A DNA stretch of 64,000 bases. Source: Macrostomum lignano (Eukaryota). The translations under genes were made by a program, and so were the position numbers. Every line of letters starts with the position of its first letter. Position 1 is the first letter of the stretch. Under the pieces are notes generated by a model that did no database searches, was not told the origin of the DNA, and saw nothing but the letters and a program-made list of their open reading frames with translations. The stretch is taken from the NCBI GenBank assembly GCA_002269645.1, contig NIVC01000029.1, forward strand, positions 1,329,834 to 1,393,833. The letters are read 5' to 3'. This document shows positions 54,301-63,858 of this stretch, piece after piece.

Positions 54301-55501
54301 AACTAAATGCAAATTCTTCCGAGACAACGTGCGTTACCTGGGACATCAGGTGACAGCCAAAGGAATTTCACCGGACCCAGACAACGTGGATAAAGTGAAA
54401 AAGTTTCCTACGCCAACTAGCAAAACGAAGGTCCAATCATTTCTTGGACTTGCGCAATACTTCCGAAAGTTCTTACCCAACTTCGCGAAGACAGCAAAGC
54501 CGCTGTACGACCTGCTCAAGTTCGACAAATGGAAGCAGGAGAATTGGACACAAAAGCAACAAGAAAGTTTTGACGAAATCAAACGACAGCTGACATCAGA
54601 CGCACTGCTACAGCATCCGGACTTCGACAAACCCTTCATCATCGAGACAGACGCCTCAGGAACGGGACTCGGAGCAGTCCTACTACAGGAAACTGAAGAC
54701 AAAAAGGAACGACCTATAGCCTACGTCAGTCGAGCACTTAAACCGAATGAGACAAAATGGTCAGCTACGGAACGAGAACTACTAGGAGTTCTGTTCGCCC
54801 TACGACAGTTTCACTACTACATCTATGGATCTCCATTACAGACGATAGTACGCACAGATCACGCACCGCTGACCTACGTCGTAACTACAAAAGGACAAAC
54901 AAACAACCGACTCATCAGGATGACACTCAAGATCCAGGACTACAACTACAAGCTCGTCTACAAACCAGGAATTACTAACAAGGCCGCGGACGCCCTGTCA
55001 AGAGCCTACGAAGTCAACGCCATTCATCCAATCCCTAACATCAAGGAATTGGTGGATGAGACTGAACACGACAACTTCTACATAGCAGTTAAAAACAACG
55101 ACAAGGACATCAAGCTCAGCCCCGTGGAACGAAAATTCCTGCGCAAGCAGCGACAACATTTAACAATCAACAAGTCACGACTCTACTGGATGAGTGACAA
55201 CAAACCTAAAATCTACATGCCATATTCGTTTAGGCAGGCAATTCTCAACGAGCTGCACGACAACCCACTCGCTGGACACCTGTCGGCAGCCAAAACCATT
55301 GCAAGAGTGGAGCAATACTACTTTTGGCCAAGCATGCATGGCGACATCAAGCAGTATTGCAACAACTGCCACTCATGCGCAGCATCAAAGACAGGACGAC
55401 GACAAAAACCACAGCTACAATCGATACCAAGTCAACAACTATGGACTGTCTCAGCATCGACATCACCGGACCGCTGCCACCGAGCTGTCTCCATGGCATA
55501 G
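51323..55501 (+). CDS. Envelope C-terminal part (gB-like) + TM + late-domain tail + protease + RT + RNase H + integrase zinc finger
   Basis: RRRR furin-like site (51755-51766); gB-like core; TM at 52559-52627; LLDSGS protease (~52940); YVDD (54197-54208); ETDASG / ELLGVLFAL / TDHAPL RNase H; H-x6-H...C-x2-C-x2-C integrase zinc domain. Confidence 0.92.
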   Translation: MPIQRRMVPTPILRNAELYSLPLSPTYHPDYRWQIVHRADPHYEEPSKSRQYFFAWKVETEIDCQLQKYHTVEGGLLSNTFLAKSGDLALTFQKKPVEQKLKCKDTDKTLFISEQEIPVYVKEDDKQTFLAIINGTYQQQEQQNRRRRDIERPKLVSNRLLSAKITALDHNLHNQLNHLHRTLVQLTCKMHAINLNYARQNYYVNPTMTFRKITGMTNVLAVPIYEHLLIYKCTPIQHFNILPSNTSTTCYDKPRIEAFYEGKRIQGFLDTVHNIIVGTAIPRPCTTAANYYQLDNALHVIKTTGTTANITEPEVIVDENYDMEDLKIRFNRTKYTPFADIQLDEITPGWTINDFLQAFITQRKMIHQLFTRKDKGTGTGRFPVLVSMDSAIKSFWTNSFWELLNGRGSLYQGFIFYGACIVWIVTAIFIISSIVRCFSQTCPKAKKTVNAIMQRTITEGDNSLELTETAHREVQGQPTLATRLYPSIPTTPTAPRIQPPNYQAEQQDPKWPENYVCTLHAEIGKAMAQVVINNLPCRALLDSGSSITVISKQLCNKLRLALRPATIAVAGAGGHSLNILGKADIDLRIANKHLTVPTYVIDRLPNQDVIVGIDTFKQLRLPLTFDFNKQTFKIDSVEQPLINQIRVLPKVTLQQDVIIQPESACWIKAKATNATEEAMIFDPNRRVTAKHQIMMPTALVLVAKDKQLPVQIFNPNTETVHLRQGMCIGHLNTQASVMLIEQATPRLTEEEFQKKINLDDSPITEQQKRKVRQLLWKYNDAFCHHDYDIGRAKDIKQEIKLLPHTEPIQCKPYPIAKHLQQHFDEIIDKMLKHGIISKAISAYSSPCLLVQKKETNERRLVCDFRLLNKYIPTDQQSLPKISELLAKLNTAKLFTVFDLRHGFWQIEIEKESRQYTAFKTYNGQVYEYNRSPMGLSNSPATMSRLTAYMLAGCTNLLHYVDDILAYGEDFERLYEATEKALALIQRQGLKLQPTKCKFFRDNVRYLGHQVTAKGISPDPDNVDKVKKFPTPTSKTKVQSFLGLAQYFRKFLPNFAKTAKPLYDLLKFDKWKQENWTQKQQESFDEIKRQLTSDALLQHPDFDKPFIIETDASGTGLGAVLLQETEDKKERPIAYVSRALKPNETKWSATERELLGVLFALRQFHYYIYGSPLQTIVRTDHAPLTYVVTTKGQTNNRLIRMTLKIQDYNYKLVYKPGITNKAADALSRAYEVNAIHPIPNIKELVDETEHDNFYIAVKNNDKDIKLSPVERKFLRKQRQHLTINKSRLYWMSDNKPKIYMPYSFRQAILNELHDNPLAGHLSAAKTIARVEQYYFWPSMHGDIKQYCNNCHSCAASKTGRRQKPQLQSIPSQQLWTVSASTSPDRCHRAVSMA

Positions 55502-56409
55502 CCTACACCTACATCCTAACAGCCTTGGACATTTTCTCAAAGTTTGCTATTGCCATACCAATACCGGACATCACAGCTCAGACAGTGGCAATGGGTTTCT
55601 TCAACGACATCATCTGCAAGTACGGTACGCCAAAGAACCTCACATCGGACAATGGATCGCAGTTTACGTCTCAACTCTTTCAGCAAGTGGTGAAGATCCT
55701 CAACATCACGCAGATCTACACATCGACCTACAATCCGAAGGCGAACATGGTTGAAAGGTTTCACCGCAACCTACACGAGATGATTACACACTTCGCGCAT
55801 CAACAACCGGACGACTGGATCATCTATCTGCAAGCAGTAACAATGGCCTACAACAGCGCTATTCATCGATCAACGGACAATACGCCATTCTTTCTAATGT
55901 TTGGGCGAGACTTCCAGCCGCCAAACCTATTGGCACAGCAACTACTACCATCGCAATATGTGGAAGTCCCGACGTCCATTCAAAAGTTCGTCACGCAACT
56001 ACACCTCGCATGGAAAGTAGCCAAGCACAACATCGACAATCAGGTGGCTCTAACCACCGGCACCGACACGAGATCGACAACTCTGACAGCCGGCGACATC
56101 GTCTACCTGCACTATCCGCCGCAACAGACGCACAAACACGCACAGAAGTACAAAGGACCATATCGAGTGGTCCAACTAACGTCACCGACAACGGCACGCC
56201 TGGCCAATGTGCAAGATCCTCATCAGCACCAATTCTACGTGCACATTCATCGACTAAAGAAGATCAACACTGACACGACAACATTTTTACCGTCACTAGG
56301 CAACGCTGATCGCACGCGTTCGGCGAACCGCCACATCGCAACAAAACACGAGGAGACACAAACATCAACCGAGAACCAGCACCATGGCTACAATCTGCGA
56401 CCTCGTTAA
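55440..56409 (+). CDS. Integrase catalytic core + GPY/F module (reached by a -1 shift near 55443)
   Basis: LSIDITGPLP, SDNGSQF, MVERFHRNL (DDE) and YKGPYRV. Confidence 0.9.
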
Positions 56410-56520
56410 GTTGCGAAAACAACCCGTGTAGAGACCGGGTCAGAATAGCTCTACAGCTTCGCAAGCTTGTCGTAAGAGGCGACTAATCTGAGCGACTTCA
56501 AACTTCAAGCGACAACGACA

Positions 56521-56733
56521 ATGGGCAACGCACTGTCCAAACAGGCGCCCCAACTACAGCAACTCTACGAATGCCCAATATGTTTAACTGATGACTTGGC
56601 TGTCAAGCCACCAATTATTTGTGAAAACAGACATCGCATATGCGGACAATGTTTAAGCGACTCACATTATATTCAGCTCTGGCAGAATTACCCGATAGGT
56701 AGAAGTAGTTTGCGGCAGTGCGCCTATTGTTAG
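56521..56733 (+). CDS. Small RING-finger-like protein with an N-myristoylation motif, inside the LTR element
   Basis: MGNALSK; CPIC...PPIICENRH.ICGQC...CAYC. In-frame readthrough of TAG 56731 adds CQYC, with a stop at 56802. Confidence 0.7.
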   Translation: MGNALSKQAPQLQQLYECPICLTDDLAVKPPIICENRHRICGQCLSDSHYIQLWQNYPIGRSSLRQCAYC

Positions 56734-56952
56734 TCTTGGCGCACATGTCAATACTGTAACCAAAAACATTTTATTTGCATGCGTATACTTACCTTTAAAT
56801 AACTTTTATAACCAACGCTCTTAACTACCCATTACTAAATACCTGTAACACTTATGACAAATGATTATTATAAAGACATGCTTGAACTTTTTATGCGTTT
56901 CAATCCTCTCTTTAAAACTCGGGACGAGTTTTTTTGTAAACATGGGAGATTT

Positions 56953-58026
56953 TGTAGAGTGTTCTACCTCCCGTAAGAAGACATAAAAGTGTTAATGTAC
57001 TACTCACACATTTTATTTAGTAGTAAATTGAAGAGCATGAATAAAGGTATGCTTTGAACTATAAGTATATTCGGACTAACCAATAGGAAGAGAGAGACCT
57101 CGAGCATGCTAATTTTAGAAATCACCCAATCACGTGCGACCAACAACTGTCAATTCAAACCCCACCTTCAAGTCATCATTTTGTTTGCACTCGGGTTGCA
57201 CCCGGATGAACCAATCAAAGTCTACCAGCTACGGTAACCAATCATGCGCTTTTACAGTAGACTAGTTGCGCAACTTTCTACCCTGTCATGCTTGACAGCC
57301 ACCGAATCGTGACCCTTTGACATTTGCGAAGACAGTGATGTACGACCTCGAGAGAGGTCTGAACGCCTATAAATACAAGTGGTCCGGAACGGACCCGGAG
57401 CCAACAATCTCCAAGGGAGAGAAGCTCCGAAGAGGAAGCTCTAGTGAAGCCTTCCTGAAGAAACTCGCGTCGTGGACGAGTTCTTGCGGTAAGCCTTACT
57501 CATTTGCGCCCGTTGGTTGAGACGTCTCGCTCAAGTCTATTGAGACTTGAGTTTATTTGAGTCTGCTGAGACTCTTGAGTCTGTTTAGACTCCACTGGTT
57601 GCAGTCTCCAGAAGGACTGCCCCTGATAGATCTTAGAAGACTATCAGTGGTTTCCGGAGCCATACCTAGAGTGCATAGAGGCACTACTAGAAGGAGTAGG
57701 CTTATATTAAACCGCAGTTTGGCGCAGGGTACCCATTGTTAATTTGGAAGCTTCTTATTGGTCCGAACTACAGATACCGGCCGGCAAGAAGTCAAGAGGA
57801 CAAAGGAGATAACGGACCAGATCAACTGTTACCAGGCGCCTAAACTTCCTGAAGGACAGGAAAGTTACTGATCGCGATACTACGGACGAGGATTATTACG
57901 AGAGCTCTCATTTAAGGACTCAAAGGTAATTGAATACCTTCATTTGATTACTGGGTTGCCTAGCTACAGAGCTAGAAGTGATTGTTCCTTGATTACAGTT
58001 GAGGACTGGTAATAAGGAACACATCA
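56953..58026 (+). repeat. 3' LTR
   Basis: Near-identical to the 5' LTR; preceded by a weak polypurine tract ATGGGAGA. Confidence 0.95.
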
Positions 58027-58473
58027 TGAGGATCTGGGAGGCTGGCCCAGCAACTGAGGATCTGAAAGGCTGGCCCAGCAACTGAGGATCTGGGAGGCTG
58101 GCCCAGCAACTGAGGATCTGCGAGGCTGGCCCAGCAACTGAGGATCTGGGAGGCTGGCCAAGCAACTGAGGATCTGAAAGGCTGGCCCAGCAACTGAGGA
58201 TCTGGGAGGCTGGCCAGCAACTGAGGATCTGCGAGGCTGGCCCAGCAACTGAGGATCTGGGAGGCTGGCCAAGCAACTGAGGATCTGGGAGGCTGGCCCA
58301 GCAACTGAGGATCTGGGAGGCTGGTGACCCAGCAACTGAGGATCAGGGAGGCTGGCCAAGAAACTGAGGATCTGGGAGGCTGGCCCAGCAAATGAGGATC
58401 TGGGAGGCTGGCTCAGCAACTGGGGTTATGGGAGGCTGGTCCAGCAATTGAAGATCTAGGAGGCTGGTCCAGC
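58027..58473. repeat. 28-bp minisatellite (TGAGGATCTGGGAGGCTGGCCCAGCAAC)n abutting the 3' LTR
   Basis: About 16 tandem units visible. Confidence 0.92.
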
Positions 58474-58774
58474 AAACCTTCTGCTCCACTAAAATAAACA
58501 ATAAATTTGTTCATGAAAGAAAGGGCAACTAGTTATTGAATATTAGCATTCTCTGCTAAGTGAATATATAATAAAACAAACATTTTTTCAATCAGTAAGT
58601 TTTTATTCTTCATCAAGTTGTTTCACCCTGTATCTGGATAGGTTCGCGGTCATCCACTCTGTCAGATGAGACAGTTAATGCGAGCTGTGATGGCTAATAG
58701 AAGCGTCAGACGAGGTAATCAGGAATAAATAAATCTGTTTGAAGTTAACACGTGACAGACATTTGTTAACAGAG

Positions 58775-61700
58775 TCACAGCAACCGAATCATAGCCAGAA
58801 TGACGGCGGTGGCGAAGGCGGTAAAATTCCAGCCTCGAAGACTGGCGGCAGAGTTGCAGTAGTCCCCGCTGTTGCAGGCTCTACAGTTGCTATAGGAGTC
58901 GAGCTTTGAGCACTCTCCACAGCCGGCGAAGAAGATCTATGATGATGGGGACAATACTAGTGTTGTTGAAGACTGTCTAACAGGTTGACATCACTGTCTA
59001 ACAGGTTGATGTCACTATCTAACAGGTTGACGTCACTGTTTAACAGGTTGACGTCACTGTCTAACAGGTTGGCGTCACTGTCTAACAGGTTGACGTCACT
59101 ATCTAACAGGTTGATGTCACTATCTAACAGGTTGACGTCACTGTCTAACAGGTTGACGTCACTGTCTAACGGGTTGACATCACTGTCTAACAGGTTGACG
59201 TCACTGTCTAACAGTTTGACATCACTGTCTAACAGGTTGACGTCACTATCTAACAGGTTGATGTCACTATCTAACAGGTTGACGTCACTATCTAACAGGT
59301 TGATGTCACTATCTAACAGGTTGACGTCACTGTCTAACAGGTTGACGTCACTGTATAACAGGTTGATGTCACTATCTAACAGGTTGACGTCACTGTCTAA
59401 CAGGTTGACGTCACTATCTAACAGGTTGATGTCACTATCTAACAGGTTGACGTCACTGTCTAACAGGTTGACGTCACTATCTAACAGGTTGATGTCACTA
59501 TCTAACAGGTTGACGTCACTGTCTAACAGGTTGATGTCACTGTCTAACAGGTTGATGTCACTGTCTAACAGGTTGACGTCACTGTCTAACAGGTCAAAGA
59601 TGCTGTCTAACCGTTAAAGAGATTTTTATACTTTAATTCTATAAAATTATAAAATTAGACATTACTTCAGCACTCCGACTTGAGTCTGAAACTCACATCG
59701 ATAGTAGCATAGGTAAAGCTGTACTCATAGCAATAGCTACTTTCACATCTCCTCCTCCTTCGGCTGCTGTGAAGATAGTCTCCATTGCTGTAGTAACAGT
59801 TCAGAACAGGCGGTCGAGTATTGCAGTAGCTGGCAGTGCACGCTTTGCAGGTGGTGTAAGAATACCCGGAGCAGGTGCCACAACCAGCAAAGTTGTCCTG
59901 TATAGGGGCAAAATTCGGTTTTGCTGCGGTAGACTTAACAAAATGAGTGCACAGTCATTTTATACTTATTTAAAATTGCTTGGGTTAGATCAAGGAGTAA
60001 TTAGAAACGTCGGATGTGAGTCAGTGGTGTCGATAAGGAGTCAGTGGTGTCCGGGAAGGAGTTAGTAGGTGTTTGGGAAGGAGTCAGTGGGTGTCGGGAA
60101 AGAGTCAGTAGGTGTTTGGGAAGGAGTCAGTGGTGTCTGGAAGGAGTCAGTGAGTGCCGATAAAGAATCAGTGGGTGTCGGGAAAGAGTCAGTGGTGTCT
60201 GGAAGGAGTCAGTGGGTGCCGGGAAAGAATCAGTGGGTGTCGGGAAAGAGTCAGTGGTGTTGGGAAAGAGTCCGTGGTGTTGGGAAAGAGTCAGTGGTGT
60301 CTGGAGGGAGTCAGTGGGTGTCGGGAAAGAGTCAGTGGTGTCTGGAGGGAGTCAGTGGGTGTCGGGAAAGAGTCAGTGGTGTCTGGAAGGAGTCAGTGGG
60401 TGCCGGAAAGAATCAGTGGGTGTCGGGAAAGAGTCAGTGGTGTTGGGAAAGAGTCCGTGGTGTCTGGAGGGAGTCAGTGGGTGTCGGGAAAGAGTCAGTG
60501 GTGTCTGGAGGGAGTCAGTGGGTGTCGGGAAAGAGTCAGTGGTGTCTGGAGGGAGTCAGTGGGTGTTGGAAAGAGTCAGTGGTGTCTGGAGGGAGTCAGT
60601 GGGTGTCGGGAAAGAGTCAGTGGTGTCTGGAGGGAGTCAGTGGGTGTCGGGAAAGAGTCAGTGGTGTCTGGAGGGAGTCAGTGGTGTTGGGAAAGAGTCA
60701 GTGGTGTCTGGAGGGAGTCAGTGGGTGTCGGGAAAGAGTCAGTGGTGTCTGGAGGGAGTCAGTGGGTGTCGGGAAAGAGTCAGTGGTGTCTGGAGGGAGT
60801 CAGTGGGTGTTGGGAAAGAGTCAGTGGTGTCTGGAGGGAGTCAGTGGGTGTCGGGAAAGAGTCAGTGGTGTCTGGAGGGAGTCAGTGGGTGTCGGGAAAG
60901 AGTCAGTGGTGTCTGGAGGGAGTCAGTGGGTGTCGGGAAAGAGTCAGTGGTGTTGGGAAAGAGTCAGTGGTGTCTGGAGGGAGTCAGTGGGTGTCGGGAA
61001 AGAGTCAGTGGGTGTTGGGAAAGAGTCAGTGGTGTCTGGAAGGAGTCAGTGGGTGTCGGGAAAGAATCAGTGGGTGTCGGTAAAGAGTCAGTGGTGTTGG
61101 GAAAGAGTCAGTGGTGTCTGGAGGGAGTCAGTGGGTGTCGGGAAAGAGTCAGTGGGTGTTGGGAAAGAGTCAGTGGTGTTGGGAAAGAGTCAGTGGGTGT
61201 CGGGAAAGAGTCAGTGGGTGTCGGGAAGGAGTCAGTGGGTGTCGGGAAGGAATCAGTGGGTGTCAAGAAGAAGTCAGTGGGTGTCGGGAAGGAGTCACTG
61301 GTTTCAGGAAGGAGTCAGTGGGTGTCGGGAAGGAATCAGTGGGTGTCAAGAAGGAGTCAGTGGGTGTCGGGAAGGAGTCACTGGTTTCAGGAAGGAATCA
61401 GTGGGTGTCGGGAAGGAATCAGTGGGTGTCAGGAAAGAGTCAGGCTAAAACGAGCGTGTGACGCACTTCTCCGTAGTCATATGTGTAGCAGCTGCTGTCA
61501 AAGGCACAGAGGGTCGTAGTTCCGTTGCTGGTATAGCTAGTCGATGAGGACCTCGAGTAGCAGGTGATCGACGCAGCAGCGTTCGCTGTGAAAATTAAAT
61601 GATGGGCTGCGTGATCAATCTGTCTCTATGGAAACTGTCCCTAACTCTTCCGTCTAACAGGTGTCTCCTCTGTGTCTAACAGGTGTCTCCTCTGTGTCTA

Positions 61701-63858
61701 ACAGGTGTCTCCTCTGTGTCTAACAGGTGACTCCTCTGTGTCTAACAGGTGACTCCTCTGTGTCTAACAGGTGTCTCCTCTATGTCTAACAGGTGTCTCC
61801 TCTGTGTCTAACAGGTGACTCACTGTGTCTAACAGGTGTCTCCTCTGTGTCTAACAGGTGTCTCCTCTGTGTCTAACAGGTGACTCCTCTGTGTCTAACA
61901 GGTGACTCCTCTGTGTCTAACAGGTGTCTCCTCTGTGTCTAACAGGTGACTCCTCTGTGTCTAACAGGTGACTCCTCTGTGTCTAACAGGTAACTCCTCT
62001 GTGTCTAACAGGTGTCTCCTCTGTGTCTAACAGGTGTCTCCTCTATGTCTAACAGGTGTCTCCTCTGTGTCTAACAGGTGACTCACTGTGTCTAACAGGT
62101 GTCTCCTCTGTGTCTAACAGGTGTCTCCTCTGTGTCTAACAGGTGACTCCTCTGTGTCTAACAGGTGACTCCTCTGTGTCTAACAGGTGACTCCTCTGTG
62201 TCTAACAGGTGACTCCTCTGTGTCTAACAGGTAACTCCTCTGTGTCTAACAGGTGACTCCTCTGTGTCTAACAGGTGTCTCCTCTATATCTAACAGGTGT
62301 TTCCTCTGTGTCTAACAGGTGACTCACTGTGTCTAACAGGTGTCTCCTCTGTGTCTAACAGGTGTCTCCTCTGTGTCTAACAGGTGACTCCTCTGTGTCT
62401 AACAGGTGTCTCCTCTGTGTCTAACAGGTGTCTCCTCTGTGTCTAACAGGTGACTCCTCTGTGTCTAACAGGTGACTCCTCTGTGTCTAACAGGTGTCTC
62501 CTCTGTGTCTAACAGGTGACTCCTCTGTGTCTAACAGGTGACTCCTCTGTGTCTAACAGGTGACTCCTCTGTGTCTAACAGGTGTCTCCTCTATGTCTAA
62601 CAGGTGTCTCCTCTGTGTCTAACAGGTGACTCACTGTGTCTAACAGGTGTCTCCTCTGTGTCTAACAGGTGTCTCCTCTGTGTCTAACAGGTGACTCCTC
62701 TGTGTCTAACAGGTGACTCCTCTGTGTCTAACAGGTAACTCCTCTGTGTCTAACAGGTGTCTCCTCTGTGTCTAACAGGTGTCTCCTCTGTGTCTAACAG
62801 GTGACTCCTCTGTGTCTAACAGGTAACTCCTCTGTGTCTAACAGGTGACTCACTGTGTCTAACAGGTGTCTCCTCTGTGTCTAACAGGTGACTCCTCTGT
62901 GTCTAACAGGTGTCTCCTCTGTGTCTAACAGGTGACTCCTCTGTGTCTAACAGGTAACTCCTCTGTGTCTAACAGGTGACTCACTGTGTCTAACAGGTGT
63001 CTCCTCTGTGTCTAACAGGTGTCTCCTCTGTGTCTAACAGGTGACTCCTCTGTGTCTAACAGGTGACTCCTCTGTGTCTAACAGGTAACTCCTCTGTGTC
63101 TAACAGGTGTCTCCTCTGTGTCTAACAGGTGTCTCCTCTGTGTCTAACAGGTGACTCCTCTGTGTCTAACAGGTAACTCCTCTGTGTCTAACAGGTGACT
63201 CACTGTGTCTAACAGGTGTCTCCTCTGTGTCTAACAGGTGACTCCTCTGTGTCTAACAGGTAACTCCTCTGTGTCTAACAGGTGACTCACTGTGTCTAAC
63301 AGGTGTCTCCTCTGTGTCTAACAGGTGACTCCTCTGTGTCTAACAGGTGACTCCTCTGTGTCTAACAGGTGACTCCTCTGTGTCTAACAGGTGTCTCCTC
63401 TATGTCTAACAGGTGTCTCCTCTGTGTCTAACAGGTGACTCACTGTGTCTAACAGGTGTCTCCTCTGTGTCTAACAGGTGTCTCCTCTGTGTCTAACAGG
63501 TGACTCCTCTGTGTCTAACAGGTGACTCCTCTGTGTCTAACAGTAACTCCTCTGTGTCTAACAGGTGTCTCCTCTGTGTCTAACAGGTGTCTCCTCTGTG
63601 TCTAACAGGTGACTCACTGTGTCTAACAGGTGTCTCCTCTGTGTCTAACAGGTGACTCACTGTGTCTAACAGGTGTCTCCTCTGTGTCTAACAGGTGACT
63701 CCTCTGTGTCTAACATTTGACTCCTCTGTGTCTAAACAGGTGACTCCTCTGTGTCTAACAGGTGACTCCTCTGTATCTAACAGGTTACAGAGAATTAATA
63801 TTGGAAACTTACAGATAAAAGCAGCCAAAATGGCAACAGAGACAATCAAGGATTTCAT
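58775..63858 (-). CDS. Secreted, probably GPI-anchored Cys-rich protein with two Ly6/uPAR (three-finger)-like modules, 175 aa; complement(join(58775..58936,59697..59897,61467..61585,63813..63858))
   Basis: Four GT-AG exons with phases 1,0,0 that all match. Signal peptide MKSLIVSVAILAAFISNAAA; two 8-Cys modules each ending in C..C.....CN; C-terminal NSAA + hydrophobic tail FTAFATAVILAMIRLL. Confidence 0.85.
58975..59595. repeat. 21-bp minisatellite (GTTGACGTCACTGTCTAACAG)n containing CRE palindromes
   Basis: About 29 units in intron 3 of the Ly6-like gene. Confidence 0.95.
60010..61442. repeat. Composite 20/21-bp satellite (GAGTCAGTGGGTGTCGGGAAA / GAGTCAGTGGTGTCTGGAGG) with a 41-bp dimer
   Basis: Tandem units visible in intron 2 of the Ly6-like gene. 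Confidence 0.93.
61652..63785. repeat. 22-bp minisatellite (TCTGTGTCTAACAGGTGACTCC)n
   Basis: About 95 units in intron 1 of the Ly6-like gene. Confidence 0.96.

Larger units (their letters stand above)
47321..58026 (+). mobile_element. Ty3/Gypsy (Metaviridae) LTR retrotransposon carrying an internal gB-like envelope and a RING ORF
   Basis: Two ~1075-bp TG...CA LTRs, PBS-like and PPT-like sites, Gag with CCHC, and PR-RT-RH-IN order. Confidence 0.95.

Noticed and set aside
32173-56464. Antisense and alternative-frame ORFs within the PLE and Gypsy coding regions
   Set aside because: Shadows of the long sense ORFs, with no independent motifs.
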